From: the human T2T-CHM13v2.0 reference genome, Homo sapiens
Assembly: GCF_009914755.1 (NCBI RefSeq)
Contig: NC_060928.1
Strand: one strand, 5' to 3'
DNA length: 64,000 bases
Shown: piece by piece, positions 26,663 to 43,240 of the stretch
How the letters are laid out: every line of letters starts with the position of its first letter
Numbering within the stretch: position 1 is the stretch's first letter
The notes under the pieces: model-generated
Seen by the model: the letters and a program-made list of their open reading frames with translations, nothing else
Databases searched by the model: none
Told to the model about the DNA's origin: nothing
Made by a program: the position numbers and the translations under genes

Positions 26663-28210
26663 CTGTTCATGTGTAATATATTTAATACATGCCCCCTCAT
26701 CTTCACCAACCCTGGATTATCAACTCCTTAAACACAGGAATGATGATGTACTCATCTTTCTGTCTCCAACAATGTTTACACAAGTGCCTTGCATATAGTA
26801 GATAGTAAGTAAATTTTGGTTAAATTGAGCTGAATTTAAAGAAATTCCTTTAATAAGCTTAACTATTACTGTGTTTTGATCAATATGCTTAAAAATAAGA
26901 CACACTGCCCAGCAAAGAGATTCTGCTACATTTTTGACAGGGTTTTCAAACCAATAAATATATTAATTCTTTTAAAAGACTTCTGTATGTCTCTAGATAT
27001 CTCTCCAAAAGAACAAAAAAGGAAAAAGAGAAAATAAGCATTTATCGAGCTTCTACCATGCACCAGGCACTGAGCTAAGTGCTTTCGCAGAATTGCACTA
27101 ATGCAAATACAAGGCTAACGAAATCTCACCTGTCAGGGATGAATTGGAGTCACTGGGCAAGGAAAATGCTGTCTTCTATGAAGTGAAAGCTGGCAGTTGA
27201 ACTATTTTTAAAAATAAGTATTCCGTTTGGGTGGGAAAATGTCTTTTCTCAATGAAAGTTTACTTGATGGGAGATCTCTGCCACTGGGGACAATATGAAT
27301 ATGAATTTGTAATTTATCAAAAATTCTGAACTTAGCAATAATGAAAAATTATTTTGCCCATAAAATAGTACCCTTGTAATTTTAAACTAATCTATTTCAA
27401 GGGTAACTTCATCTTATATTCCAAATTAATTTAAAAATAAAACTTAAGTCACAAAACCCAAAAAAATACCACATTGCTAAAACAAACCCAGACCCCACTG
27501 AAGTTGAAAATTTGGTGCAAAGCTCACAGGCCTTGTGGTTTGGGTGTTATCCAAATTTATTTCACCTGCTGCTCTAAAGCCATGGGTCTCCCCTATGTGG
27601 AGTGTCTCTGAATGGGAAAGAGGGTGAATATCTGCAGTTGGACAGACTACCTAGAGAATCCTTATGGAAACCCCTTCCCTCCTCGCAACTACACCATCTC
27701 CCAAATGAGAAACTGCTCATTCATTCATTCTAACAATCATTATTATGCACTAGACTCTTTTTAAAAACCTCTTTCCCTTTTCTAGTTTTCCCCTAAGCCA
27801 GAAGAAAAGTGAGAAGCTGACAGAAAAATGAAAATAGCAACAACAAATAAATTCCTCTCATTAAAACGCTTAGTAATTTCATAATATTGATGCTTTCTGA
27901 CAATCTCATCTATATTTACCTCACAATGAATACTACATCTGTTATATACTCCAACAAAACTTGCTTTGAGTTTAGAATGTTTCAATTCCATTCTGCTCTT
28001 GCACCCTTAGTAAGTTAAGTAAAATGAGTATTTTACAGAAGATTTCAAGTGGCAGTCCAGAAGTCACAAATGGCATTTAGAACAGAGCATACCTAGCTCC
28101 CACATCATCTGCTCATCAATGCTAATCTCACCTCCTCCACATGTACCTGAAACCTTTCCTAAAGTAGCCACATGGAGAAACTACATGTGGATATTAACAT
28201 TTTAAGCATT

Positions 28211-28211
<1 letters not shown>

Positions 28212-28247
<36 letters not shown>
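28212..28247. repeat. (GT)n microsatellite
   Basis: Direct reading. Confidence 0.95.
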
Positions 28248-28250
<3 letters not shown>

Positions 28251-30489
28251 AGTACAAATTTAACCTAGAGAGAAGAGCAAAAGAGTTTACCATATTGTTT
28301 TAAAGTAGACTTCTGGTGCTGTGTGTCTGATACTTTGAAAAATTAAACTTGATCAATAGTTAAATGGTAAGATTTTTTTCATTCAGAAAATGTATGGACA
28401 GTTAAGTAAATTTTCTTCAGATCAAATTCACCTTGGGTGAACACGTACAGTTGCAAATAGCCTAGCCATAAGCGACCTTTAAGGCATCTTCTCAAACCAG
28501 GTACATGTCCTTCAGCAGAATGAAAGTGCACAGGGTACCAACATGGTACAGGCTCCTAACGCAGCCATTTCACATGAATATCTGAGGGGTAACTGAATTT
28601 TTGTGATCTCAAAGGGTTTTTTAATTTATTTTTTAAAAAATAAGAGTAGAAAAAGCAATCAGGGATAATGATTAAACAAGTTTTAGTTCCATGTCTTATT
28701 ACTTACATTTTTCCAATTTCACAGAAGCCTCATTTCCAGACCAGTGTTTGGTTGACATAATGTTAACACTCATGGAGCTTTTGTGGCAAAACAGTGAAAA
28801 TACCGGGTATTAAAAAGACCTAAGTTGACCTCTGACTTGCCACTGTCATTATAGGCGTCTTGGTAACTTCTTTTAAATCTTTAGGTCTGAGTTTCTTCCT
28901 CTGTAAAACAAGGTGGTTGTTCTAGATCATACCTAAACCTCCTTCTAGTCTATATTCTGTGATTATTTTTAATATTTTATCTTTGAGGTAACTGGAATCT
29001 AAGAAGGTTAACTGAATCAGGGAAAAGTCTTCTCTGGGTCACTTCTAATCCCCTAACAAGAACTTAACTAATTTGACCACACTGACAAGTTCCCCTTAAC
29101 AATTTTATCTAGGCTCATCTATCTACAGAAAAAGGTGGTTTGTGTCATTCCATATGAGTCAGTATTTTGCTGAGATAAGTACTTTTCACAATAGTATCTG
29201 TTCAATCAAATGAAATTCCTAGCCTAATTGCTACATAAAAGATCATTATATCATTCATAACATCTGTACAAATAAAATTTCTAGATATGTAAGGGGTTTG
29301 GAAGATTTTATATTTCATATATCATGTTCCCACAACTTGTCTTCATGCTGCACTTAAGAATCCAATGTGAAGATAAATTTTCACCCTCAATCTGAAATGT
29401 AATTTCACATAAAACCAGTTTATTATTACATCTCTTTGTAGTTCTTATCTTATATTTTTAGAGTATTAACTCATTCCATGCTTAAAACAGAAAGATAATT
29501 ACTGTGCTATTCATCTATGAAAGATGATCATGTACAGTTTAACATCTGGTAAGCAAAAGAAAATCATGACTACTTCTCTTAAGGTAGGCAGAGTTCCCAT
29601 CAGGAAAGCAACTTGAACTAAAAAGAAATACTTGGATAGGAAGAAAAGGAACAAAAGGAGCAAATGAAACTTGTCAGGGGACTACGGTGTTCTATCTTTC
29701 CATAGACTTTTAGTGCTCATAGCAACTCTATTAGTTAGGCTGCTTCCATTTATAAACGAGTAAACCAATATCAAAGACATTGTTATTCCACAAGTAAGCA
29801 TGCTGTAGTTGGAATTCGGGCCCAGTGTGGTCTCCCTCAATGAGGTTATGCTGTCTCCAGATTAAAGGTAATGGGACAGCATATGCAGTTTATGATGAAG
29901 TGGGCATGTAAAGGAAAGAGAAATTAGTCCCAGATTGAGACTTCAAAGACTGCACACTCCAGAAAAGAACTGTGAAGGAGGAATTAAGAGGAGAACCAAA
30001 ATTTAACAATGGTCACCAACATGGAGAAGGAAAGAGAATTTCAAAGGAAGGATGGTGAGAAATGTTAAGCATTAGGAAGTTGGTAAAATATGAGAACACA
30101 CTGACCACCTGTTAGTGATATCCCCATTAACCTAAGGAGACATCTATAAATCATCATTGATGCCTTCTTCTCCCTTACCAATTAACAGAGCCCAGTTGAG
30201 TTCCAGCCCTGCCTTTCCATCCTTCCTGCTCCCACCCAATCTCAGACTCATCATTTCACAGCTGAACAAATGTACTGGCTTGGTCTCCAGTTTGTGCCCT
30301 GGTCCATCTACACTTCATATTTTCCAGCTTAATATTCCTAAAACACTGTTTTGACCATATTACACTTCTGTGCAGAAATCAAAATGGTTTTTCACTAACC
30401 ATACAGTATTCATCCATACAGTCTTTTTCACTGCCTATATGCATTTTTATATTAAAACTGAATCCCAATATTGCCCTAGTCAACCTGTG

Positions 30490-30690
30490 GGCTCTATGAC
30501 CATTTTACTAGCTGTTTGACCTTCTGTAAGTTAATTATTCTATCTGTACCTCAGTATATCATCTGTAAAATGGGAATAAATAACAGTATGTACTTCATAT
30601 AATTATTTTGAGACTAAAATACGTAAAACACTTGGAACAGTGCCTGCACTGTTCAATAAGTTCTTTAAAAATATCAGTAATCACTATCAT
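30490..30690 (+). mobile_element. MIR remnant
   Basis: TACTAGCTGTTTGACCTT...CTGTACCTCAGTATATCATCTGTAAAATGGGAATAA core. Confidence 0.75.
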
Positions 30691-32531
30691 TGTTACATTA
30701 TTAAGTTTATAATAAAATAATGCAATCATAATTGCTATTGCCTTTTTGGCCAAATACTGTATAACACCTCAACATAAATGTTACTAACAATAATAATGAT
30801 AGCAGTGTTGGCACCAAGATTTAAACACAAGTAATATGTCTTTAAAGTTATGCTTTTAACCACTATGCTATAATCCCATTAAAAATTATCTGATTAATGT
30901 CATTAAAATATAACTCCAAGCATTTGTTCTTGCTATTTTCTATATCTAAAGGATCCTCTCATTCTCAAATTATCAAATTCTTAAATATAATCATTAAAAT
31001 TCCAGCCCAATTACTACCCCTTTTAAGACATCTTTCTTCCAGCTAAAAGTCATGGTCTAACAGTTTTGAATTCCACTTACACTTTCATTTTATGTGGCAC
31101 TTATTAATTTATTGTTAGTAAATTTTAACCCACTATATTTTCATATTATGTCAAAGTTTACAAATCACTTTTAAATATATCACTCCTTATGTTTTATTTC
31201 TCTGTGTAAAGCTCCTCAGGGCAGGGACTGTGAATTACACCTCTATGCAATGTCACTCTCCCTTAGTACTGCACCTTACATAAAGGAGGCCTATAAAGAT
31301 TTCTGTGCGGAGATTATTGATCCCTCACATGCAAGTAGTTTCAATAGAGCGGTTGAAAAAAGTAACCAAACTACTTTTCACAATGAGAAAAAAAATCAAT
31401 GAAGGTTTTTAGATACTAAATCCCATTTTTACTTAAGAAATGGCTTTTCAACTTTAAAAGAATCAATTTTCATTTAAAATGTCTGTTGCTGCAAACTGTC
31501 ACCTGTTTTTTCCAAATATATTGTTGGTACTTCTTAATCACTAGAAAAATGGGATTTCATTGCCATGGTGACTGGAAGAATAAGTCTGTAGACAGGAACT
31601 ACAATTCTGTCACTGTGACTAATGGCATTTTCCTTTCCTACATCTTTATTTTGATTTGATATATAAAGCCCAAAGGCAAGGTTGATTAATTGCAATTACA
31701 CAAGGCATTACCCTAGTTTTGCTGCAGTAGAAATGCCACATTACACTTCAACAGCACAGTCTTACCAAGACTTGTGGCTACCTCCAAAGATTATAATTAG
31801 AATTACCAAAAGCATCAATTTAAACATGTAATATATATTCATGTTTATATTTCTAAGTATTTACATTCACATAAACAACCTTTGATGTGTGTGCAGGCAG
31901 ATAGCTACTATTTCCATTTTTTATACCTATCTCTGGCATCTATACCTTCCTCCGGCATCCCATTAAAGCAACACCAGTTTCAAAACAACAGAAAAACAGA
32001 AAGGAAAAGACATAAGCAACGTAGCCAGAGGTTGCCCTATCATCCATGCATTGCATGCTTTGCTGGAAGAGTCTTGAAAATGGTGATTTAGTTTACGACA
32101 AACAGGCGATGCAGGCGATGCAAACTCTTTCTCAAATTTTTACTGGAGAGCTAGAATTCCCATTTATGAGTCAAGGTGCAGCTGTACCAGGTATAAAGTA
32201 GAACAGGTGAAAAAACTGTCCTTAGTTTAACCCAGTTCCTTATACAAAGCTGCCTCCATTTTCTACATCAATATTTTGACGATGTTTTCTTTGCCAGATA
32301 TCATATTGTAAGTTCTTTGAAGTATCTTTTTACTCAATAGGTATTGGTCAACAGCAAGCAAGAGAAGAAGTATTCTCATAATAAGCTGAGTCCTTAATTT
32401 GGAGAGAGCTACATAGAAAAGTAACAGGGAAAACACTGGGTCAAATTTTTTTTAAAAATTGGGTACAATGGGGAAGGAGTAACGATTTTGGAACTTAAAC
32501 AGGAAATAAACATCTCTACTCATACAAATAA

Positions 32532-32957
<426 letters not shown>

Positions 32958-33366
32958 TAATTTCACAATCAGGAGGAAAAAAAACAATATTATAAAAGAA
33001 AAAAGATTTTCAAAATTTAGTTTCAGAAGAAATATCAAGATGAAAGGACTAGCCCAATTTATTTCTGTATGTAAAAGTAATCTATAGATTACAAGAATGA
33101 TATAAATTATTGCTATTGTTATTACCATTTTTCAGAATAAAGCAACAAGGGATATTTCTGATAAAAACTAGGAGGTAAAAACCATAGAAGTGCTTAAGCA
33201 GCCTTACTTCAAATTATTGTATTTCAAAATATATTTCCTTGAGGTTTTATTATCTTTAGTCTTAAAATCAAAAATAGCATTCCTTACATTACACAGTTTA
33301 ACTCTAGACATTATAAGTGATAATTATGTACTTAATTGAAATCAGCTTTTAAATATAAAGAAATTA

Positions 33367-33666
33367 GGCCAGGCACAGTAGCCCATGCCTGTAATCCCAG
33401 CACTTTGGCAGGCAAGCGGGTCACTTGAGGTCAGGAATTCAAAACCAGCCTGGTCAACATCACGAAACCTCATCTCTACTAAAAATACAAAAATTAGCCA
33501 GGTATGGTAGAGCACTCCTGTAGACCCTGCTACTTGGGAGGCTGAGACACAAGAATCGCTTGAACCTGGGTGAGTGTCAGGGAGCGGAGGTTGCAATGAG
33601 CCAAGATCGTGCCATGGCCCTCCAGCATAGGCAACAAAGTAAGATTCTGTCTCTAAAATAAATAAA
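33367..33666 (+). mobile_element. Alu (diverged, AluJ/AluS)
   Basis: Dimer with short internal insertion near 33570; AAAGAAATT on both flanks. Confidence 0.92.
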
Positions 33667-33808
33667 TGCAAAGAAATTCATTTTGTTTCCCGTTAGTAGG
33701 CAAAGTTTGTTCCCTTGAGCATCTCTGAAAGTATCTGTTATGGTGCTCCCATAGCAGATTATTATTGACTTACACGGGTAATAATAGTATAGGCAAGTAA
33801 TATTTTGA

Positions 33809-34122
<314 letters not shown>

Positions 34123-34344
34123 GATATACAATAATTTCAATCATCCTTGTCCCACGTTGTTTCCGTTTCATTCCCCTAAAGTAGGGCACTTTTCATCAAT
34201 GCAAGAATAAGTGGTTAGAGAACATGCCTTCATGGGCCAGCATCACCTTGATTTCTAACCTGTTCATTTGAGAGCATTTCTGCATCCTCCCACACATTTA
34301 TTTACCTACTATATGTTTAAATGCATGAAATAATGCAAGCTCTA

Positions 34345-34665
<321 letters not shown>

Positions 34666-34973
34666 TTAGTCACAACCAAGTTTACCTATTAACAAAAACG
34701 TTTAGGGTAAGCATTATACTATATGTTAAGAACCATTCCTTTCAGTTCATCGGTAAAAGTTATTAATTTCAGAAGCAAAATTTCATCCACTTTGCAAAAT
34801 GCATACTTATTTCTTTAGAGTTTCTTTAATAAAAGTCACAATATAGACAAAACACTGAAATAGTTACACACATTAATATCCCCAAAAATCATACAAAGTG
34901 GTTTTAAGTTAAGCACAATAGTATTTTATTAGAGAAAATAAGTTTCTGGCAATTTGTCTATCAAAACCTTTCA

Positions 34974-35283
34974 GGCCGAGTGCAGTGAGTCATGCCTGTA
35001 ATCCCAGCACTTTGGGAGGCCGAGGTGGGTGGATCACCTAAGGTCAGGAGCTCGAGAGCAGCCTGACCAACATGGTGAAACCCCATCTTTACTAAAATAC
35101 AAAAATTAGCTGGACATGGTGGTGGGCACCTGTAATTCCAACTACTCAGGAGGCTGAGGCAGCAGAATCACTTGAACCTGGGAAACTGAGGTTGCAGTGA
35201 GCCAAGATCACACCATTGCATTCCAGCCTGGGCGACAGAGCAAGACTCTGTCTCAAAACAACAACAACAACAACAACAACAAA
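34974..35283 (+). mobile_element. Alu (AluS) with (CAA)n tail
   Basis: Full dimer; TSD CAAAACCTTTCA at 34962-34973 and 35280-35291. Confidence 0.95.
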
Positions 35284-35994
35284 ACCTTTCAAAATAAGAG
35301 CAATATTTTAAAATTGTAAATTACGAAGTCTTTTACAATATATCATGTTGGGGAGTTGCTAGAGATATATTTTAAAAGAACACAATAGTGAGCCTTTACA
35401 GAGCAGTAGTCCTTTCACTGAATTCAGTACTAAACTGATTTTTATTATCCCAGTTAATGACAAAGGGTGGCATACTCAAAAAGCTTCAAATACTAGTAAG
35501 AAAAATAATTAAAATATTAGAAAATAAGAGTTATATGAAAGGGGAGAAATTGGATAGTGGAGGGAAACAAGGAAAACTTGGTAATGATATAAGTGTAATG
35601 AGCTCTTGATTTCACCAAGGAAAAATCAGAAATGAGTTTATATTAAAGCAGAGAAATGTAAGTTAAATATTAGAAAGAATTCCCTAAAGTTTATTGGTTT
35701 CTACAATCAATTGCCGTGGAAAACTATAGCTCTGTTCGCTTGGAAATTGCTAGGAAATTGAAGGACAGAACAATAAACTGAACGTTGTTTAAAACAAAGC
35801 CCTCTCTGCCTCGGGAATTTCATACCGTATTGCTGCCTTGCTTTCTGTCACTGAGCACTGGGCCCTCTGCTCTCTACTACTTACTTTTACTAAATACTCT
35901 TCTCTCCTACTGCCTTGAGAAGGCATTCAGCAAAATGACATAAAAGATACTGTGCTCAACCAAGAAGGAAAAACAAAACGGCACACCTCCTCAA

Positions 35995-36830
35995 CATTCA
36001 TTCATTAACACTTGCTAAATGTCCTCTATAGACCAGGCACATGAGAAACCATGAGAAGCTCTTGGCATACGATGGTGAGCAAGACAGTCGCTTCATTCAT
36101 GTCACTTAGAGCCTAATGGAACAGACAAACTGTATAACAAGAAGTAACAAAAAAGGATTTTAAGTACAAATTATTTTTAAAAACAAACAAAATTCTATGA
36201 AATTCGGATTTCTGTGAAAGCATATAAGCAAGAGAACTTAAGCTTCAAAAAAGAAGAGAAGCTTAAGCTTAGAATTAAAGGCTGAAGAGGGTGAAGGCTC
36301 TCCAATAACATCTTGGGTGAAGGCCAAAAAGTTGAAAAAAGAAAACAACAGAAAATAGTGCGACCAGGAGAGGGAAGGGTGAGAGACTCAGCTAAGCACG
36401 ATAATGAAAACCTCAGCCTGTTAGCCATGCTGGCATGGTTGGGTTTTATCAGGGATTGCACGGATTTCACTTTAGAAAGAACACTCTGGGTATGGCGTGG
36501 AGAACATACTGGAGAAGAGCAATAATGGAGTGGGGGAAACTCATTGGTAGCTGTTACCATCAGGCAAGGAACAATACTGGTTGGCAGAACTAAAGGAGTC
36601 ACAGAAGGAACAGAGCAAAATGGACAAACTTGAGAAAATCGGGAGGAAAACAGACAGGACATGGTGAATGAAAAATTATGGGTGGTGCCAGGGAAGTCAA
36701 GAATAGTTCTCAAGTGTCTGGTGTGAACGATGAGCATCATTCACTGAGAAAAGCCTGGGCGAAGAGCAGATTCAGTGGGGAATGGGGAATGATAGATTCA
36801 GTCTGAGCCATTTTTAATTGGAGATGCCCA
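35995..36830 (-). mobile_element. L2 LINE remnant
   Basis: CATTCATTCATT antisense tail; minus ORF 36195..36740 starts HLRTILDF...RFSQVCPFCS, resembling decayed L2 ORF2 C-terminus. Confidence 0.7.
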
Positions 36831-37642
36831 ACTACAGATCAGGCCCACTGATCAAATTCCCCCAAGGTAATTTAAAAGGAAATCCAGCAACATGTGATAT
36901 CATTGGCACTCCCTGGTTTACAAGTATCTTCAGCAATCCCACTCATTCCCACCAATAAGGACCATGTGGTTTTGACTCTAATGTTAAATAATTAATTACT
37001 TTCATTATATTTTATAAAGATCAACATCACCTTTCTTGAAGGAAGGAAATGTTTTCCAACTTAGAAACACAGCCTTGCTAAAAGAAAGGTTAATTTCTTT
37101 TAGCATAATTTCTAGTTAATCTATTTATAATGCCTTTTTTTGTATAAAGAAAATGGAAAGTAAGTTCAGGTCCAAGTTCATGAATCATGATCTTGTTCAG
37201 ACATATTTGACATTTCCAATTTTAGCCATGTCACTAAGATGGAAAAATTCATGATTTAGTAAGCTGAGCAAAGTTCACTGATCATCCAGTATTTAATTAG
37301 AAAATCCTCAAGTTTTCAGGGCAAACCGTGAGCTATATCTGTTTTAACTCTCCTATTCTATTAACCTATCTGTTAACATTCGGGAGCTGAAACACTGCAC
37401 AGTATTCAGCATGAGCTACAGCTTTGAATTAATGATCACATAGTCAACAAATACTCCACACTGAAGGCCAAAGGACAATTTAAACAGCATTACTTCCTCC
37501 AAACAAATCAACTATGCTTTCTCTTTAGTATCTCTTTTCAATTAACAGTAACATTTTCCTTATACTTTTTCCATTAAACTAAAGTTATAATTGAGGCAAT
37601 AAATATCTATTCTTGCATGTGTTTTCTTACAGTAATAACAGT

Positions 37643-37644
<2 letters not shown>

Positions 37645-37694
<50 letters not shown>
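37645..37694. repeat. (GT)25 microsatellite
   Basis: Direct reading. Confidence 0.97.
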
Positions 37695-37696
<2 letters not shown>

Positions 37697-37881
37697 AACA
37701 GGAGCAGGAAGTGTTTGTGTTTCTATGTCATTTGAACTATATAAAGAATTCAAGATACCATAACTTGAGAATCCCAGTGATGTCAGGACTCTCCTGAACA
37801 GCCATTGTTGCGGTCCTGTGCTGCACACCACCAGACCTTCCTAAATGTTACTTTCAAATCGTTAATCTGCTTTCTCTCATT

Positions 37882-38045
37882 ATCTGCCTGCTAAATGGTA
37901 ATTTAAAACAGGCAACATTAAGAGGATAAGCACTCAGAAAAGCAACCTAACAAAATGGAAAGAATGTAACAAATTTTACTGGTGTACATTTTTTAAGCAG
38001 TAGAAACTACTACCAAGTCATGACAGCATGCAGCCCTTTCTTTGG
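37882..38045 (+). repeat. Local dispersed duplication A, copy 1
   Basis: About 14 differences in 164 nt versus 39066-39230 by manual alignment. Confidence 0.95.
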
Positions 38046-39065
38046 ATTCCTCTCAGATTAACCTAGAGCTTTTCCATAGCCCTTCTCTTTTCTCAGGTAC
38101 TTTTCTTCCTGCTACCAATACTACCTCCAAACATTTCCTGTGTTAAAGTTTTTTTTAAAACAGGTCGACTCTTGAGGACTAACAGGTGTAACCGTTAAAG
38201 AGTTAAAAGCTTGAACTTGAATAAGACATAGCTAACTTCTGCTACTTAAAAGTTACATGACACATGAAAAGTTTTTTAACTTCTTTAGGGCTCATTTATC
38301 CTGTCTATTAAATCGGGATAACAGGTTGTTGTAAAAATTAACTAAGATAATACATGAAAAAGATGTTAAAACAGTGCTTGGTAGTCAGAATAATGAATGT
38401 CAGCTATTATTTTTATAATTTGCTTGGCAGGCTATGGATGAACAGCTGAGGAAGTGGACAAGCTACAATTATTCTCTGGAAACGATGAGGTGAAGATGAA
38501 TGACCTTCAGAAATCTTCACATGACAATGGAGCGATTTGAAGAAGGAATGCCAATATCAATCTCATGCCTTAAGCAGTGTAACAGAATGTTCTAAAGGCT
38601 CCATTGACCCTAAAATATACTTTGTGGATTGTTTATGTTGTTGGCACTAAACCTATAAAGATATGGGGGGCTGGGGAGGATGTACTAATAATCTAGGACA
38701 GGCTTTCATAAATAAATGGTTGCCTCCTGACCAGTCGGCATGACCTCAGTTTGTAATGTTTACATCCATTACTACGACCAAAAAAAAAAAAAGTATTCAT
38801 TGTAGGAAGAGAAGATAAAGATTACTCTCAACCATAGAAAGTGACATGAAAACGTGGATACAAATCTTTTTTCTGTACATTTGAATTACATATTTTCTTC
38901 AAGCAAAAACCAAGTAGCAATTATAGTTATAAACTGAACCCATGACTTTTGTGCTGTTAGCTTTTTTGGGACTCCTCTGGGAGCCTTTGCTATTGCACTC
39001 CAAGTTATTCTGCTTTATGTCTTAATCAGATTAAACTGCATCACTTGAATCTGAGATCATCCTAA

Positions 39066-39230
39066 ATCTGCCTGCTAAATGGCAATTTAAAACAGGCAAC
39101 ATTAAGAGAATAAGCACTCAGAAAATCAACCAAAGAAAACAGAAAGAATGTAACAAATTTTACTGGTGTGCATTTTTTTAAGCAATAGAAACTGCAACCA
39201 AGTCATGTCAGCATGCAGCCCTTTCTCTGG
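39066..39230 (+). repeat. Local dispersed duplication A, copy 2
   Basis: Direct copy of 37882-38045. Confidence 0.95.
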
Positions 39231-39743
39231 TAGAGAGGCTAATGAACCCAAATGCTAACCTATAGCTCTCTTAAAACCAGATAGGAAAAGTCCACTGAGT
39301 TTTCTGTGGGTTTATGAAAAATGATATAAATATGGTATCAGAAACTCTCATTCATTGAGCACTAGTGACAAATAATACTGCAAATTCTCATTCCCATAAC
39401 TGGCAAAATTTAGAAAGCCCAATAAATCAGGTTAAATCCTGTATTTACCTGTTATTTGAATAAAAGCTTTCTAAAGTCATGGTACACAAAAAACATTTTC
39501 AATCCAAAACATTAAATGTTCTCTCCTATTCAATTGTATTTCTAAAGATCCAGAAATCTAAAAAAGAAAAACAAACCAAAGAAACTAGAAAATAACCCAA
39601 TTAAAAGAAAATCTTCAATGTCTCCCATCAAACTAAATGCATTTCCATTGTAAGTTTTTAGTGTTATAATCAAATAATATACTTTAACTCTTCAGTTTCT
39701 TCTTTAGTTAGTATAGTATATCTCCTTTATGGATAACATCGTA

Positions 39744-39981
39744 CATGTTGAATCATCCCTAATCCAAAAATCTGAAATCTGAAGAGCTCCAAAATCCACA
39801 ACTTTTTGAGTACCAACATGATGTCCAAAAGAAACACTCTGGAGCATTTCAGATTTTGGATTTTCCAGATTAGGGAATCTCAACTGTAAGTATATAATGC
39901 AAATATTTCTAACTTAAAAAAAAATCTAAAATCTGAAATACTTCAGGTCCCAAGCATCTCAGATAAGAGATACTTGACCTA
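39744..39981 (+). mobile_element. Tigger4a/MER46-like DNA transposon (MITE)
   Basis: CATCCCTAATCCAAAAATCTGAAAT with internal inverted ATTTCAGATTTTGGATTTT; ends GGTCCCAAGCATCTCAGATAAGAGATACT. Confidence 0.85.
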
Positions 39982-41058
39982 CATAAAACAGTCTAAAAGA
40001 GCTTTAATCAAATCTGACTTCATCTGACGTTTGGATCTAGTCTATATTGTCTTTCCTTAGTCATGACATACATCAGTCAAGATCGCTTCATTATTACAAA
40101 AAAAAATTTGCATTGTAGGAGAAATAATTTGGAGAGAAATCTAAAACTTTAAAATGTCAAGCTAAATTAACCATAAAATCTGCACTGCAAGTAAGTCATT
40201 TTACTGATTGAAAACTCACATTTGAACATGTTAAAATGAGGTGTGAATATCTGCAATATATTATAAAGAGCACATTGTTTTATCAAAGCACAATTACTTT
40301 TGTCACAGGTAATAGCATAGGCATTAAGAAATTTGGGCGACTGAAGAATGTCTGCAATAATCTGAACATTTTCCTTTTTCTTTGTTTTGCTTTCTTTTCA
40401 GGAGACTATTAAAATTAGATAAGCATTTATGTCTATTTTTTCATGATTCTTGTATCCATTTGATGCTGTAAATTCCTGTTGTTGTGAGGTGAGAAAATGA
40501 CGACCACTGCCCAAGTTTATAAAGGATATGGAACACAGCTACTTGCATGCATAGGACAACCTCTAGAGAAACACACAAGTTATCAGTTACTGTGATTTCT
40601 TCTGGGTAGATGAGCAGTTTGGCTTAGGGGTGGGTAGGACCTCTTTTACCTTTCTGTTCCTGTACAATGAACCTGTGTAAACCTTTTAAAAACAACAAAA
40701 TATTCTAAAATTAAATATATAGAGCCAAAGACACGTGCAAATTTAAAACTATCATTTATGAAAAAGATTACATGTCAATCACGATAACCTAATATGTATA
40801 AACCAGAAGTAATTTCTAAAGAAGATTTCTTCCACTGCTCAAAGGAAACAAATCGAGATGCCTTGAGGCACAGCAAAGCTAGCCCCAACGGTGTGAGCTG
40901 GCTCAACAGAAGAACAAGCTGCCTAGCTAGTGAGACCAAAGGCTCCCTCATTCTAAGGAGATCACTTTCTCAACCAGGAGGCTTCCGGTAGCTCCCTCCG
41001 TCATGGTTACCTCACTGTTACCATCCTTCCACCCATCCCTATAAAGATGCAAATTCTT

Positions 41059-42661
<1,603 letters not shown>

Positions 42662-42999
42662 TAAAGGGCAGGTCCTTCTCCTAGAGCCTGCTCCTGGAGA
42701 ATACAGTCTAGCACTGCTTCACGACATCTCAAGGATTTTGGCACACTTGGTTACTTCTCCACTCTTGAGTTCCTCAGTTACTCTGATCTCATATTTTACC
42801 ACGTGACACTAACAGTATATGGAACCAAGCCCCTTTTGCACAGAACTAAACCCATTTATTTACTCAGTAAATATTTTTTGAGACTATACTATGTGTCAGG
42901 TCCTGTGTTAGGCACCTGGAAAACCTATGGCATATAATTACTTCAATAAAAATTAGAATCTAAAGATCATAATTATCTAATATCTTGCCAGCATAATTA

Positions 43000-43240
43000 C
43001 TATAACTCACTTATTGAATCCCCTCCTATGGGCCAGCATTGTGCTAGAATGCCTACTATGCATTATTTCTAATTCTTAACAGATATTAGCCTTTCAGTTT
43101 TATGGATCAGGAAACTGAGACTGGAAGGATTTTAGTAATTTGCCAAGCCCAGAGAGTGGGTAAATAGCTGAGCCAGAATTAGGGCCAGGTCTGTCTGGTT
43201 CCAAAGCCTGAGCCCCTTCCACTGGCTACACCACTGCTGC
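43000..43240 (-). mobile_element. MIR
   Basis: TTTTATGGATCAGGAAACTGAGACT...AGCTGAGCCAGAATTAGGGCCAGGTCTGTCTGGTTCCAAAGCC. Confidence 0.8.

Noticed and set aside
32103-32122. CAGGCGATG tandem duplication
   Set aside because: Simple 9-bp slippage duplication; similar trivial ones at about 400-430 and 12494-12515.
36195-36740. 181-aa minus-strand ORF
   Set aside because: Lies within a decayed L2 element; only vestigial L2 ORF2 similarity.
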